Below, piece after piece: positions 38,802-50,617 of a stretch of DNA of 64,000 bases (positions within the stretch are counted from its first letter, which is position 1; every line of letters starts with the position of its first letter). A model generated the notes under the pieces. It did not search any database and was not told where the DNA came from. It saw only the letters and a list, made by a program, of their open reading frames with translations. Location: the NCBI GenBank assembly GCA_030295235.1, contig AP026179.1, positions 186,001-250,000 of the forward strand, read 5' to 3'. Source of the stretch: Fistulifera solaris. Taxonomy: Eukaryota. The translations under genes and the position numbers were made by a program.

Positions 38802-41330
38802 ATGATTGTCGAAATGCGATATCTCAAAGTGACCCTCCTCGCTCTCTGTTGTGCCTTTGCTTGGACAGTTGCTGATCCTAGACCGCCAAAAGTACTGCAG
38901 CTAATACTATCATCTCCTGTTGGTTGTCCTTCTGATTGCCACAACACCATCTGTCTCTCTGTTCCCTCAGATGGAGACCCCACAATTGTTCTCGGAGCTC
39001 ACTCGATGTTTGATTACATCTTCCAGTGCAATTTTAGGGACGCAAGTTGTTCGTTAGGCACGGTCTACCAGATTGAGGGGACTGGTGTGATGCTAGAGGT
39101 ATCCCTGCTCTTTGGTCCGTCCAGTTCGACGGGTTCTATTGCTGTGTTTGAAGGTTGCCTTAGTGGCGCCAGCGCTACCGATGGATCCGATAGCATCAAA
39201 GGAATATTTCCTGACTGTGTCAGAGACCATTCTAACCAAGGCACTCGTTGGATGGCAAAAAGGGTCATTTCTACTCAATCGTGGTATATGCACAATTGGG
39301 TCCTTCTTCCAAGCCTTTCATTCTTCGCGTTAACACTGCAAAATCGTATCCAGTTTGCAACACAGAGGAAGAGAATACAATTGCTCCTGTTGATCTGGGT
39401 ACTGTGAACGCGACTTCTGGTCGGTTGCGGCGATTAAGCAAGCCCAAAGAAATCGTTTTGGTCTCAGGTCTTCCTTCGTGTGACTACGAAGTACCATCTT
39501 TTTCTGTTCTCTACAAGATTACCGTGTCCCAACCGAATGTTTCTGTCTTTTTCAAAGTTTGGGGCAAATTTGCCTATGTGACGGTGTATAGAGGCACTTG
39601 CGCTAGTGGCTACTCGTGTCTGACCATAGCGAACAGTGACAGCATTTGTGAGGGACCTTCTGGAAACAAATCCACCACTGCAAGTTCAGACAAAGCGGGG
39701 GAAGATGGTGCATTCAGGGATGAGCTGGACGTCTGGCATGAATTTTCGGCAACGTTTTGGAAAAATAACAGCATTCATCGTTTTCACAATGAAAAGGCCG
39801 GGACTGCCTATTTAATCTCTGTCAATTCGTGTTGTGGCGCCAATGTCTTGGACTTTGAATTGTCGGTGAAAGCTTCCACTTATGGCAATGTCTGCAAGGA
39901 CTCTTCAGCGGTTGATATGGCGTCGGGCAGATTCTCGGTAACTGTCAATCATCATGATGCCAAAGTATACAGAGACCTCAACGCTTGCTTCGCGAATGTA
40001 TTACGGTCATCACTCTCAGCAAGACAGCTTGCAGTCATCCTATGTTTCGATTGCAGATCCTATCTCCTCCCACGTTTCAATTGCAGATCCCATCTCCAGT
40101 CCTGCAAGGGTCTACAAGATAACCGGTGACGGAGAAACTTATGTTGCTTATGCTACTCATTCCTCCGCTCCTGATCCATATACTTTTCTAAATTACTTCT
40201 TCAAAATGGCTCTTTTCACTGTCAGTGAATATGAGGCCACACCACAATGTGTTCAGGGATATAAGTACGGTAGGACTATCTCTCTCGAAACAACCGCTGG
40301 TGAGACCTACTACTTGGCAGTCTACAATGATGACGGCGACAGTTTGGAAACACTCGAATTGCAACTCTCTTTTCTGTCTAGCAAGGCTCCTTGCGAAGAT
40401 GCAACCAATCTAGGAATAGTTGGTAGTTCAGGGCGAACAATTAGCGGCACAATGGATGGAGCTAATCTGTACAAGGGCTTAGAATACGGTTCTCTTTATG
40501 AGATTATTCGCGCAAGCGTTTGCCTTTGTTGCAGAGAAGGACGGTCCATTCATGGTCAGTGTCAAGGGTTCTGTCACAACACCCTACAACTGCAGCGAAA
40601 TTCATTACGGTTTAGTACGGGGAGAGTGTTTGCACTACACATTGCTCCATGTAAAGGTCGTGCTGAGCTGTGATGTCAAAGCTAAATTGACGAATCCTGG
40701 CACTCCTTATTTTGCTGCGTCAGGAGTTTCATATGACGTTGTCGTCTACTCAAATCATTTGTTCGCCTCCGAAGACTTTCAGCTAGCTATAGACTTTTTT
40801 AGAAACGGCCGAAGTCTGTGGCAGCGAACATGTTGTTGATATGGAATCTATTCCCAATGAGGGTACTGTGTTCTTTGGAACCACAGAGTTTGCTCCTTTG
40901 TTTGTACTTCCCCAGTCTTGTCAGGTCCACAATAGCTACGCTTCACCAGTGACGCGTGCAGCTAAATTCAGTCTAACAGGCGACGGAAATGCCTATGTGC
41001 TTTTTTATGGGCGTGTATTCCTCTCACTTCCAGATGCTCGTGTTCACAGGAAGCTGTGAGGATTTGGAATGCATGCCCCAACCTGAAACGAGTCGCGTCT
41101 TGTTGGAGACCAAATTGGGTGAGACCTACACGATTTTAGTTGGCGACGGGACAAGCAACGGAGAATTCATGTTGCACGTCAACAAAACGGCAGCCCCGGT
41201 TAACGTCGTTGCCAACTCGATGGAGACAGCCTTGCAACTGCTGGCCTTTATATGTTTGTTTGCCTCTGTGTTCGATGATATTGCCCGCTATCGTATACAA
41301 GCTTTACGGTTTCTGTGATCCAGATGCTGT
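38802..41330 (+). pseudogene. Cys-rich multi-repeat surface protein, copy B; frameshifted and 3'-truncated
   Basis: Signal peptide, TVYQIEGTG, NSCCGAN, YKITGDGETY, AFVAEKDGP, GETYTILVGD; tandem VSIADPISS x2; homology fades in domain 6 and no anchor tail was found. Confidence 0.75.
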
Positions 41331-42381
41331 CGGTGACTTGATAAGCGTGGGAAGTTTGAACGCATGGCTATTTTGGATACAGGAAACATAACGAGGGAAA
41401 TTAATGGAACAATCAGTCTGTACTTTGGATACAGATACCCCGCCGGTTTGGTAGTGATGGAGCTTGATGAATACATTGAAAGCGGTGATAGCAAAGGCGC
41501 GCTCAGTTGACAGTCTTTTCTGTATAATAAGGTAATAAGATAAAGCTATGTGTAACTGGTTTGAACCTAGAAAACAAGCATTTCTCTCAAAGACCATGTG
41601 ACAAATACTTTCGGGAAGGAGTGGGAACCACAGGTGAGATCAACTAATAGAGTCAAGAAAAGCTTCTGAACTACCGACTGACAATGGCTCCTCTCATGCA
41701 GGCTGCAGGATGTAACTGTTGACGCTTCCATTGTATACCTCATTAATTGTTATAGCTTGCTTCTCAAACGTCCCGGTACAAGTGACGATCTTTCGGCAAG
41801 AAAAAATGATGCTTAAATCGCGTACCGGTACTCTCGCTCTCTAGAGTAAAGCGCGAATACAATGAGGATCAGTACCGGTACGTCTACTTCAGCATACGGC
41901 GGACGCGCTGTGTTTTTTTACTCCGTGTTTCGTTTTTTTTTTCATTTCTTTTCTATTCATTTGAGTAATGAGAGTGTGATGATTGTTTTTTTATTACACA
42001 AAATGAAAAAGAATGAAATAACAGGTGTTTGAAATTTTCGCTCCCAAGTACCATAATGACGCCCGACGGCCGGTAAACATTATCGTTGAACTTGACATTC
42101 GAGGGACATCGAGCTCGCATCCGGACGCAAACAGAAAAAATGAACCATTCATTATCATTCCATCAAGTCGTAGGCTCATCCGTGACTAATGATACAATGG
42201 GAAGACACAATATTGGCAAATGGAGGGCAATCTGCTTGCACAGCTTCTCATCCTTTCAGAAAAAAAATGGTCAAGAAACGCAACGCCCAATCAGGGGCAT
42301 TGTTATTTTTTTTACAAAGATTTGAGTAGCAGGAGTCGTATCAGCTTTTGGTTTGGCTTTTTGCAGTTCCTTTTATTCAGC

Positions 42382-45219
42382 ATACGCTTAATCCCGGTGA
42401 TATTCCTCATTCTATGTGGGGTCCTTTTTAATAAGACGGCAGCCGACGGTGTTGCACTTCTCCCGCCGTCTCTCGGTGTTTCGGAGGAACGTCCTCTTTT
42501 TCCTACCATTACAGAAGTAGGTTTGTTGTGTGACGACAGCATCAAGCTTTCTGTTCCTGCAGATGATAGCCCAACGATTTGTTAGTGAAATTCATTCGAA
42601 GCTCTATTCCGTTTCAGATTGCTCATTTTTGAATCTTGGACAAGTACCGGCAACCGTTTACCAGATAGAAGGAACTGGCGCGATGCTTGAAATAACCATG
42701 TTCTCGGGTATCCTGGGTTCTGCCAGTGAAACAGCTGTTGTCGAAGGTTGCTCCAACGACAGTATTGCAGCATCCGATACGATGGCCACGGGCGGCACTG
42801 GCCCCCGCTGTGTTCCAGGCCCGTACCACCTGGGTGCTCGCTGTCAAGCCAAAGCGGGTCAACTGTACCCCATCGTTGTGTATTCCTACACAGCTCTCTC
42901 TCCGTATGACTTCATTTTCCGACTCAAAACAGTGGAATCAACCCCGATTTGCGCTGCCAGTACCATTCCCATCGACTTGGGTACTCTCAACGCAACACCT
43001 GGGTGCTCGCTGTCAAGCCAAAGCGGGTCAACTGTACCCCATCGTTGTGTATTCCTACACAGCTCTCTCTCCGTATGACTTCATTTTCCGACTCAAAACA
43101 GCGGAATCAACCCCGATTTGCGCTGCCAGTACCATTCCCATCGACTTGGGTACTCTCAACGCAACATTCAACTCCATACAGCGACTCGGCGGACCCGAAG
43201 ATAGCGTCATGCTAACGGGTCTCCCCTTGTGCGACTCCTAGCCACTATCTTCTTTTGTTCCCTATAGAGTCACTATAAGTCAGCCAAATGTTGCCGCATC
43301 GGTCCACGTGGAAGGCGGCGGTTCGTATGCAAGTGTCTACTGCGGAGATTGCGAAAGCGGTTACTCTTGCCTTACTTCCGCTAATGTTTTTCAACAACTT
43401 TTCTCTCTGTTACTTGGTGACATGTATTACCTGGCAATCTACAAAAGTTACAGGCAAAATCACAGAACTTTGAATTTACAGATGACTGCTGTTTCCAGAA
43501 AGTCTCTTTGTGAAGATGCCGCTGATCTGGGATCAGTGGGTACTGCTGGGCTAAAAGTAAACGAAACATTGACCCAAGGTGCGTTGTATAGAGATTTAAC
43601 CTTCTGTAATTTTGCTGGACTTTCTCGTGTTCGCGCCTTCTCCTTTGTTGCCGAAGTAAATGGTCCAATCATGGCTACTGCCACAGTCGACTCAAAATTG
43701 AACTTTCACCCTCAGGTGAAGGTTACAGCGTCTTGTGAGAAACACGAGTGCCTCTCTGGCATACCAAATCTTGATATTGGTTTGAGATCCCAGGCCACCG
43801 TGTGGGATGTCCAGTTTGGAGCCACCTATTACATTTTGGTCAAGAGTCGTGACAACACAACGACTGCCACTGGAGATTTTCTTCTGACTTTGGAGCCCTT
43901 ACCGACAACGCTGCTTTGCGATTTCGAAGAAGTGGTTGATTTGGGAATGATTTCCGATGAAGGCGTCACGTTTGATGCAAGCACAGTATCTGACCTCTTG
44001 GCTTCTCTCCCAGCATCTTGTCAAACCGGTAATGACCACTCATACTTATCGCCAGTAATCCGCGGATCAGCTTCTTCTCTTGCACGTGATGGCAATGCTT
44101 ACGTGCTCAGCGTGATTAATGTTTACGGGTTTTGCTCTAAAGCGATTAATCAATGGAAAATGTGATAGATTGAAATTCCCTTCGTACAGACTCATTTACA
44201 AACAGCTTCTTGGCGAGCACAGAGCATTGTTAATTCTCGTTGGCAATTGCTGCAACTTGGGTGAAGTAGATGGAGCATTTACACTGCCTGGTAAGCGGGT
44301 AGTCACGGGCAACATGACTGCAGATTTTACGGCAAAGATCGACTCTTTAGACAGTGAGATAAAGATGGTGAAAGGGTCGACTTCAAGTGGTATTTTGTAT
44401 CCTAACTTGCCTTTGTGTCAGTAGCTGGCGTAGGTTTTTTCTCCGCTCCTGTTTCTGGTTTTGGATTTGATGCCCAATTATCTGTTGTGAAAACAAACGG
44501 CTTGGGAGGGTTTGAATGCCACGGAACACCCGGTGGTCGACACATTTCGTAGGAAGGAGAAGAAGGATTTTATCTTGTCGTTTAGGGTTGCTGTGACATG
44601 AATGTGGTTGGGGACTTTTCACTGCGCTAAAAACATCCGATTTCAAATGAGCCATGCAAAGGCATGTACGATCTTGGCAATGTTCCTGAGGATGGGTTGA
44701 GGCACGTCAGAGCAATAGCTGGTAGGCAGTTTCTTTACCCTCAAAATGTGACCCCTTTTGCGTACGGAGGTCACATCCCTTTCTCCGGTGGGCGGTCGAA
44801 GGTATTTCGAGTCATTGGGACTGGAAAAACATTGGTGGCCTCCACGTTTGTATCTCAATCGACTCTGAGTAAAGGTATTCAGCTATACCTTACCATGGTG
44901 ACAGGTATTTGTGGTTTTGCCGAATGCATCGAAGGCACTTACTTGACCATTGACCCCTTTTGGTCGGTCACCTGGCCGTCTGTAGCAGGAGATATCCACG
45001 TGCTGCGCTGAAAGCGAAGACCAATTCATAATGATGGTGTACAAACAAGGCACGAGGTTGTTTGGTAGTAATGAGATAGCAATGACGGGGCTCGGATATA
45101 GCACAATGAACGACACTAGCCATGGCGTCGATGAGGAATCTTCGAGCAGCAGTTTGGTCAAGGGCGTGTCTTTCTTGATGACCTCCGTTGTGATGACAAC
45201 AGTAGGCTACTATCACTAA
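42382..45219 (+). pseudogene. Cys-rich multi-repeat surface protein, copy C; pseudogene
   Basis: ATA at the position of a copy D ATG, in-frame TAG at 43239-43241 and 44422-44424, a 169-bp tandem duplication, and a large internal deletion relative to copy D. Confidence 0.85.
42827..43166 (+). repeat. 169-bp direct tandem duplication (two units, one substitution seen)
   Basis: 42827-42995 is repeated at 42996-43164; agtggaa versus agcggaa; CA microhomology at the junction. Confidence 0.92.
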
Positions 45220-45907
45220 TCGACTGTCAAGATAGGGAATCCCATTGCGAAGATAGTTTTAGACCGATAAATAATAACAAAACCTGTATTTTCCTATTAA
45301 TCTAAATGGTACTGAAGAACTTTAATTGAGTTCTGTAGCCATAGCCGAAGAGTACCGGTACGCCACGAGAAATGTTGCACTTCACTGTTGGATACCGGTA
45401 CCCGTACTTTGTACACGTATTAAAAAAACGTGTCTCGCATTTCGCATGTATTTGATGATCTCATTCATTCTACATTGTTTCGAAAAAGGAGACGATTCTA
45501 TTTCTTTTTGATTTTTATGTTGTTGGAAGGATGAACACTTCATCTTCGTACGAAACAAAAGGAATGAGAGAGCAGGATCGTATCAGGTACGACGGTGCTT
45601 CACAATTTCGCTTTTCACGCCGAAGTACCAGTGACGCCCGGCGGCCGATAGCCCCTATTGCAAATTTTTGCATTCGGAAGTAAACTGAAAAATGAACCAT
45701 TTGTTTCTCTATACAATGGATCAAGTCGTTGATTCATTCATTCGTGATTGCGCGAATTTACGGAAAGAGCACCCCAACGTGCACAACCTCTCTCAATCAT
45801 GACGAGGCTCATTTCTTTTGGAAAAGATACACCGAAGTGGATCCGTCGCAAGATTTAGAATTATCTGAAGGTTTTCGCAGTATTCTTTCATTCAAAAGTG
45901 TACGAAA

Positions 45908-48900
45908 ATGATGAGCATGCGTCATCTACAGGCATTGTTCCTCTTCTTTTATGGGGCCCTTCCCAAGACGGCAGCCGACGGCGTAACGCAAAAATCACCG
46001 GCTCTTGGTGCTTCGGATGAGCTTCCTGTTTCTCCTCCCCTTACGGAAGTTGGTTTGTTGTGCGAGAACACCATCAAACTGGCGGTTCCTGCTGATGAAA
46101 ACCCCAAGATTGTTACTGGAGCTCATGCCAAGCTCATTTCTTTTCTTGATTGCTCATTTCATGACACAAGATCCGTCCCAGCAACGGTGTATCAAATTGA
46201 AGGAACTGGTGCCATGTTGGATGTATTTTTGTTTAGAGATGAATTCGGATCAAGTGAAGTTGCTGTTTTTGAGGGATGTCCCAGTCGCGCTAGGAACAAT
46301 AGCACTGGTGCCACCAACAATGGCAGCGGGGGTAGTATTAAGTTCGCCAATTGTGTTGTCGGCCAGTATCCCCAGGGTGCTCGCTGGCAAACAAAAGTGG
46401 GCCAACTGTACACGATCGTTGTTTATTCGTATGCTTCACTTTCTTCAACTGCTTTCATTCTGCAAATTGAAGTGGTTGAAGCCAATCCGGTTTGTGGCAC
46501 GGATGGTATTTCTCCCATTCATTTAGATGCCCTGAACACGAATAGTTCAGTGCAGATATTGGGTGGATCGGAAGACAGCGTGAAAGTCACGGATCTTCCT
46601 CCATGTGACTATCAGACACGATCGACTTCCGTCCTCTACAAGATCACGGTCGACTTGCAGCCAAATGTTGTATTCTCAGTCTTCGTCGAAGGTAATGATG
46701 CCGTGGTCACAGTCTATCAAGGCAATTGCGAAACTGGCTACTCGTGTTTACCTTTATCGGATGTCATAATCAATGACACCGCGATCGGTTATAAAAGTTC
46801 TAAGATGATTATGGAAAACAAATATGGAAAGAAGGAGGGTACTAGTACCTTCTCAGTGGAGTCTCAGGTCAGACAAGGAGGTATTGCGATGCCCCGGGTC
46901 ACATACAACGTTCAGTCTTTCCACCATGGAAAGGCGGGGGCAATATATCTTATTGCAGTAAGTTCATGTTGTGGTGTTAAGATTGGCGACTTTCGTTTGA
47001 CCTTGAAGGGCACCAGCTATGGTAATGTTTGCGAGGATTCTGTAGAAATCGATTTGTCAGCAGGCGAATCATCAGTCACTGTCGACCTGTCCGAGGCAAA
47101 AGTATACAGGAATTTATATTCATGCCATACAAGAGGTGATTACGATGTCAATGGGTATCAGTCTTCCAGCGTTGATGGGACAGCTTTAATCACTAGTCCA
47201 GTTGCGTCCTACAAAATTACCGGAGACGGAAACACTTATATCGCCTACATTGCTCCTCCACACATCGGACAAATCAGGACGACTCTTTTTAAAACTAATT
47301 TCTGTGACAGAAAGCCCCATTGTTTGCAGGGAGATAACTTCAGTAATTTACTCTTGATCGAAACACGAGTCAACGAGACGTACTACTTGGCAGTCTACAG
47401 CGAACAAACTGAAGATAATGGATCTTACAATTTGACAATAAGTCCCGTATCCAAAAGTACGCCGTGTGAAGATGCAATCAACCTAAAATCCGTCGGTGAT
47501 GGGATAACGGTCAACGGGACTTTGGAAGGAACTGCTCTGTACAACAAATTGAGCATGTGCAACGTTTATGGGGAATTGTCGCGATTTCGAGTCTACGCAT
47601 TCGTTGCAGAAAAAGACGGTCCAATGTTAGTCACCGCCAAGGTCGATCCAAATCTGAATTTTTACCCCTCTCTGACGGTTGTTACAAGTTGCGTAAGTGG
47701 CGAGTGTATTGCTGGCCTTTCGAATTTTGAGGTAGAGGTGATGCAACCCGCTGTTGTTTGGTATGCGGAGTTGGGTGTCACATATTACATTGCCGTCAGT
47801 AGGATTGACTACATAGCTTACAACGGAGATTTCCAGTTGACTATGGAGCCCTTGACAATGACGACGATTTGCGACTATGAAAATGTGGTTGACATGGGTA
47901 CTGTTCCGGATGAAGGCGCTACATTTGACGGAAGCACAATATCTGGTCCCTTGTTTACGGTCCCAACTTCGTGTCAAGAGGAAGGAGCACCTATTTCTCC
48001 GACCAGTCGTGCAGCAACCTTCACCTTACAAGGTGACGGCAATGCTTACATGCTAAGCGTGAGTGACGCTTCCGGAATTAACCCTCAGGCCACAGTGTTT
48101 CAAGGAAGCTGTGACAATTTTGTATGCATTCCAACTGACGTATATGCAGACAGTTTTTGGTGGGTACAGAGATGGGCGAGACGTACACGATTGTTGTCGG
48201 AGATTGCTGCATTGCCGTTAATTTGGGAGGGACATTCAAATTACATGCTAAGAAGATTATTGCGGGAAATTTGACGGCCGACGCGAAGACATTGGATGTG
48301 CCTGTTAGCACTGAGACCCAAAGAGTGTTGGGGTCAACTTCATTGGGCAGACTTTATCCTGGATTGCCTTTGTGCCAGTTTTCGGTCGATTCTCCCGCTT
48401 CTATTTACAAGATAGACACCGGTGTAGGATTGTTTTCTGCTCAAGTGACCGGATTCGGCTTCGATGCTCAACTCTCTCTTTTCAAAGAAGATGCCATAAG
48501 GGGTCTTGATTGCTACGGAACACACGGCCATCGAGACGTCTCGTGGGAGGTAACGAAGACGCAAAATCTTTACCTTGTGGTTTACGGTTGCTGTGGTATG
48601 AGTGCAGCTGGCGACTTTTCCCTGCAGTTAAGCAAACTAAACATATCAGGCAACCCGTGCGATGATGCAAACGATCTTGGCAACGTACCCGACGATGGTT
48701 TGAGGTATGTCGGGACATTGAGTGATTTGTCATTAGCGGCGACTGTTGGTTTTGAAAATGAATCAATCTGTGACTACGGAGGCCAACACACTTTTCCTCC
48801 AATGCGGTCCAAGCTTTTTATTGTTTATGGAAATGGAAAGACATTGAAGGCTTCCGCACTCGTTTCCCATACGACTTCGAACCAGATCTCCCTAACCGTT

Positions 48901-49209
48901 GTGAAGAGCTTCTGTGGTTCGGTTGAATGCATCGAAGGAGCTTACTCGACCATTGACCCCTTTGAGTCAATCACCTGGCCGTCTGTAGCAGGAGAGACCT
49001 ATGATATTGTAGTATCCACGTCGCTGATGGAAACCGACGACGAATTCCTACTCATGGTGTACGAAGAAGGCTTGGAATTGTTTGGGAGCAACTCTAGCAA
49101 AGGCACCAACCATGGTGTCAACAACTTAAATTCGTCGAGCAACAAGCTGGTGAAGTGCATGTGGATGATGACTGCTGTAGTCATGGGGGCCATGTTCTGC
49201 TGCTATTGA
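45908..49209 (+). CDS. Cys-rich protein of about 1100 aa with seven repeated domains, signal peptide and GPI-like tail, copy D (near-intact; one frameshift at the T-run near 48155)
   Basis: ORFs of 788 and 350 aa join with one added T. Repeat pattern C..A.dLG...YkI.GdG...vf.G.C....C...W....GeTYyI.V.....G.F.L; ends NSSSNKLVKCMWMMTAVVMGAMFCCY. Confidence 0.85.
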
Positions 49210-49602
49210 TGGGAAGTCGGTCGTCACGATAGGATATCAAATGTCAACAATGAGCGATTGCTCTTTAGTGAGATTGTATCTCGTTGCCAAGACATGCAGC
49301 ACAACTTACAAAACTAATGCAATATGTTATTTTCTCTTGCTATGTTTGTTCATTTTCAACCACGAAACGGAGTCTTTGCACGTTGCGAGTCTACATTTTT
49401 TTACATGGGACCAAGGACATGGGACCTAGCCCGAATCATCATCAGGACTGGATATCAGTCACGGGTGATTGTTGGCTGCGACCTGCGATGATCTGCATTT
49501 TTCTGGTTGAGTGTTGTCGAAAGGCAAAAGTAAACAACTATTAGTTGCTTCTTATTTGAAGTTTGATCTCTCTCTTTCCTTTTCTGTCAACAATCAACAA
49601 AA

Positions 49603-50586
49603 ATGACAACAACACTTCTATTAGATCCCGACATTCGCGATTGGGTCGTGTTGCCGTTATTTATCATTATGGTCGCCGCGGGCTTGTTGCGACACAGTGT
49701 GAGTGTCTTGTTGCAAGGGAATCCTAGTAAAGCACCTGCGATTTCGGCACGGAGTTCGTCCCTCCTCCGACAAACGATGAAATTACAAACAGGAGCGGCG
49801 CATTATATGACGACGTGGCGTTGGCAGTGTCGCAAAGAACACGCCATACAAACCTTGCGACAGGAAGCGGAGTGGGCCGAAGCCGAACAAACGAGGCAAT
49901 CGGAGAACGGGGAAGCATCTGAGAGCGCCGATGATCCCATGAGTGCCATGATGAACAATCCTATGAGTATGATGAAAGGAAATATGGTCTTTATGGTTCA
50001 AAATATGGTCATGATGCAAGGAATTCAACACTTTTTCAGTGGCTTCATTCTTCTCAAAGTACCTTTTCCACTCACGGCCGGATTCAAGAGTATGTTCCAA
50101 CGCGGTCTCGGAGCGGAATTGCCCGATCTTGAACCTAGTTATGTCAGTTCCGTCAGCTGGTACTTTTTGGTCATGTACGGATTGCGTTCCTTCTTGCAAC
50201 TCGTGATTGGTGATCCGCCTCTTGAAGTGCGCGAACAATCCTCCAAGACGATGCAGTATGGATACTTGCCTCCGGGACGTACGGGACAAGATGGGGCCGC
50301 CGTCGCCCAACAGTTACGTCAAGAAGCGGAGAATCTAGAAGTATTTGTGCAGCCCCACAAATCGGAATTTGATTCGGTGGAAAAGCGTGTCTTGGGTGTC
50401 CATCGGTATCCCAAGAGATCCAAACTGACCGGTCCCGACAGTCACGATAGCTTATTTGCCAATGAAACTACCGGTAATTCAAAGGTCAAAGGGGGCAAAA
50501 GAAGAGTAATTGAGCCGTTGCAAGAGATAACAATTTTAATAACTTTTCTCTTGACGTCTTCATGGCTGAAAACTATTTTTAAGTAA
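49603..50586 (+). CDS. EMC3: ER membrane protein complex subunit 3 (true stop may lie near 50510)
   Basis: LLLDPDIRDWVVLPL; MMKGNM; FFSGFILLKVPFPLTAGFKSMFQRG; YVSSVSWYFL. Confidence 0.95.
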   Translation: MTTTLLLDPDIRDWVVLPLFIIMVAAGLLRHSVSVLLQGNPSKAPAISARSSSLLRQTMKLQTGAAHYMTTWRWQCRKEHAIQTLRQEAEWAEAEQTRQSENGEASESADDPMSAMMNNPMSMMKGNMVFMVQNMVMMQGIQHFFSGFILLKVPFPLTAGFKSMFQRGLGAELPDLEPSYVSSVSWYFLVMYGLRSFLQLVIGDPPLEVREQSSKTMQYGYLPPGRTGQDGAAVAQQLRQEAENLEVFVQPHKSEFDSVEKRVLGVHRYPKRSKLTGPDSHDSLFANETTGNSKVKGGKRRVIEPLQEITILITFLLTSSWLKTIFK

Positions 50587-50617
50587 CAGAGCTATTATTT
50601 GCCCATCTTTCATGCTT

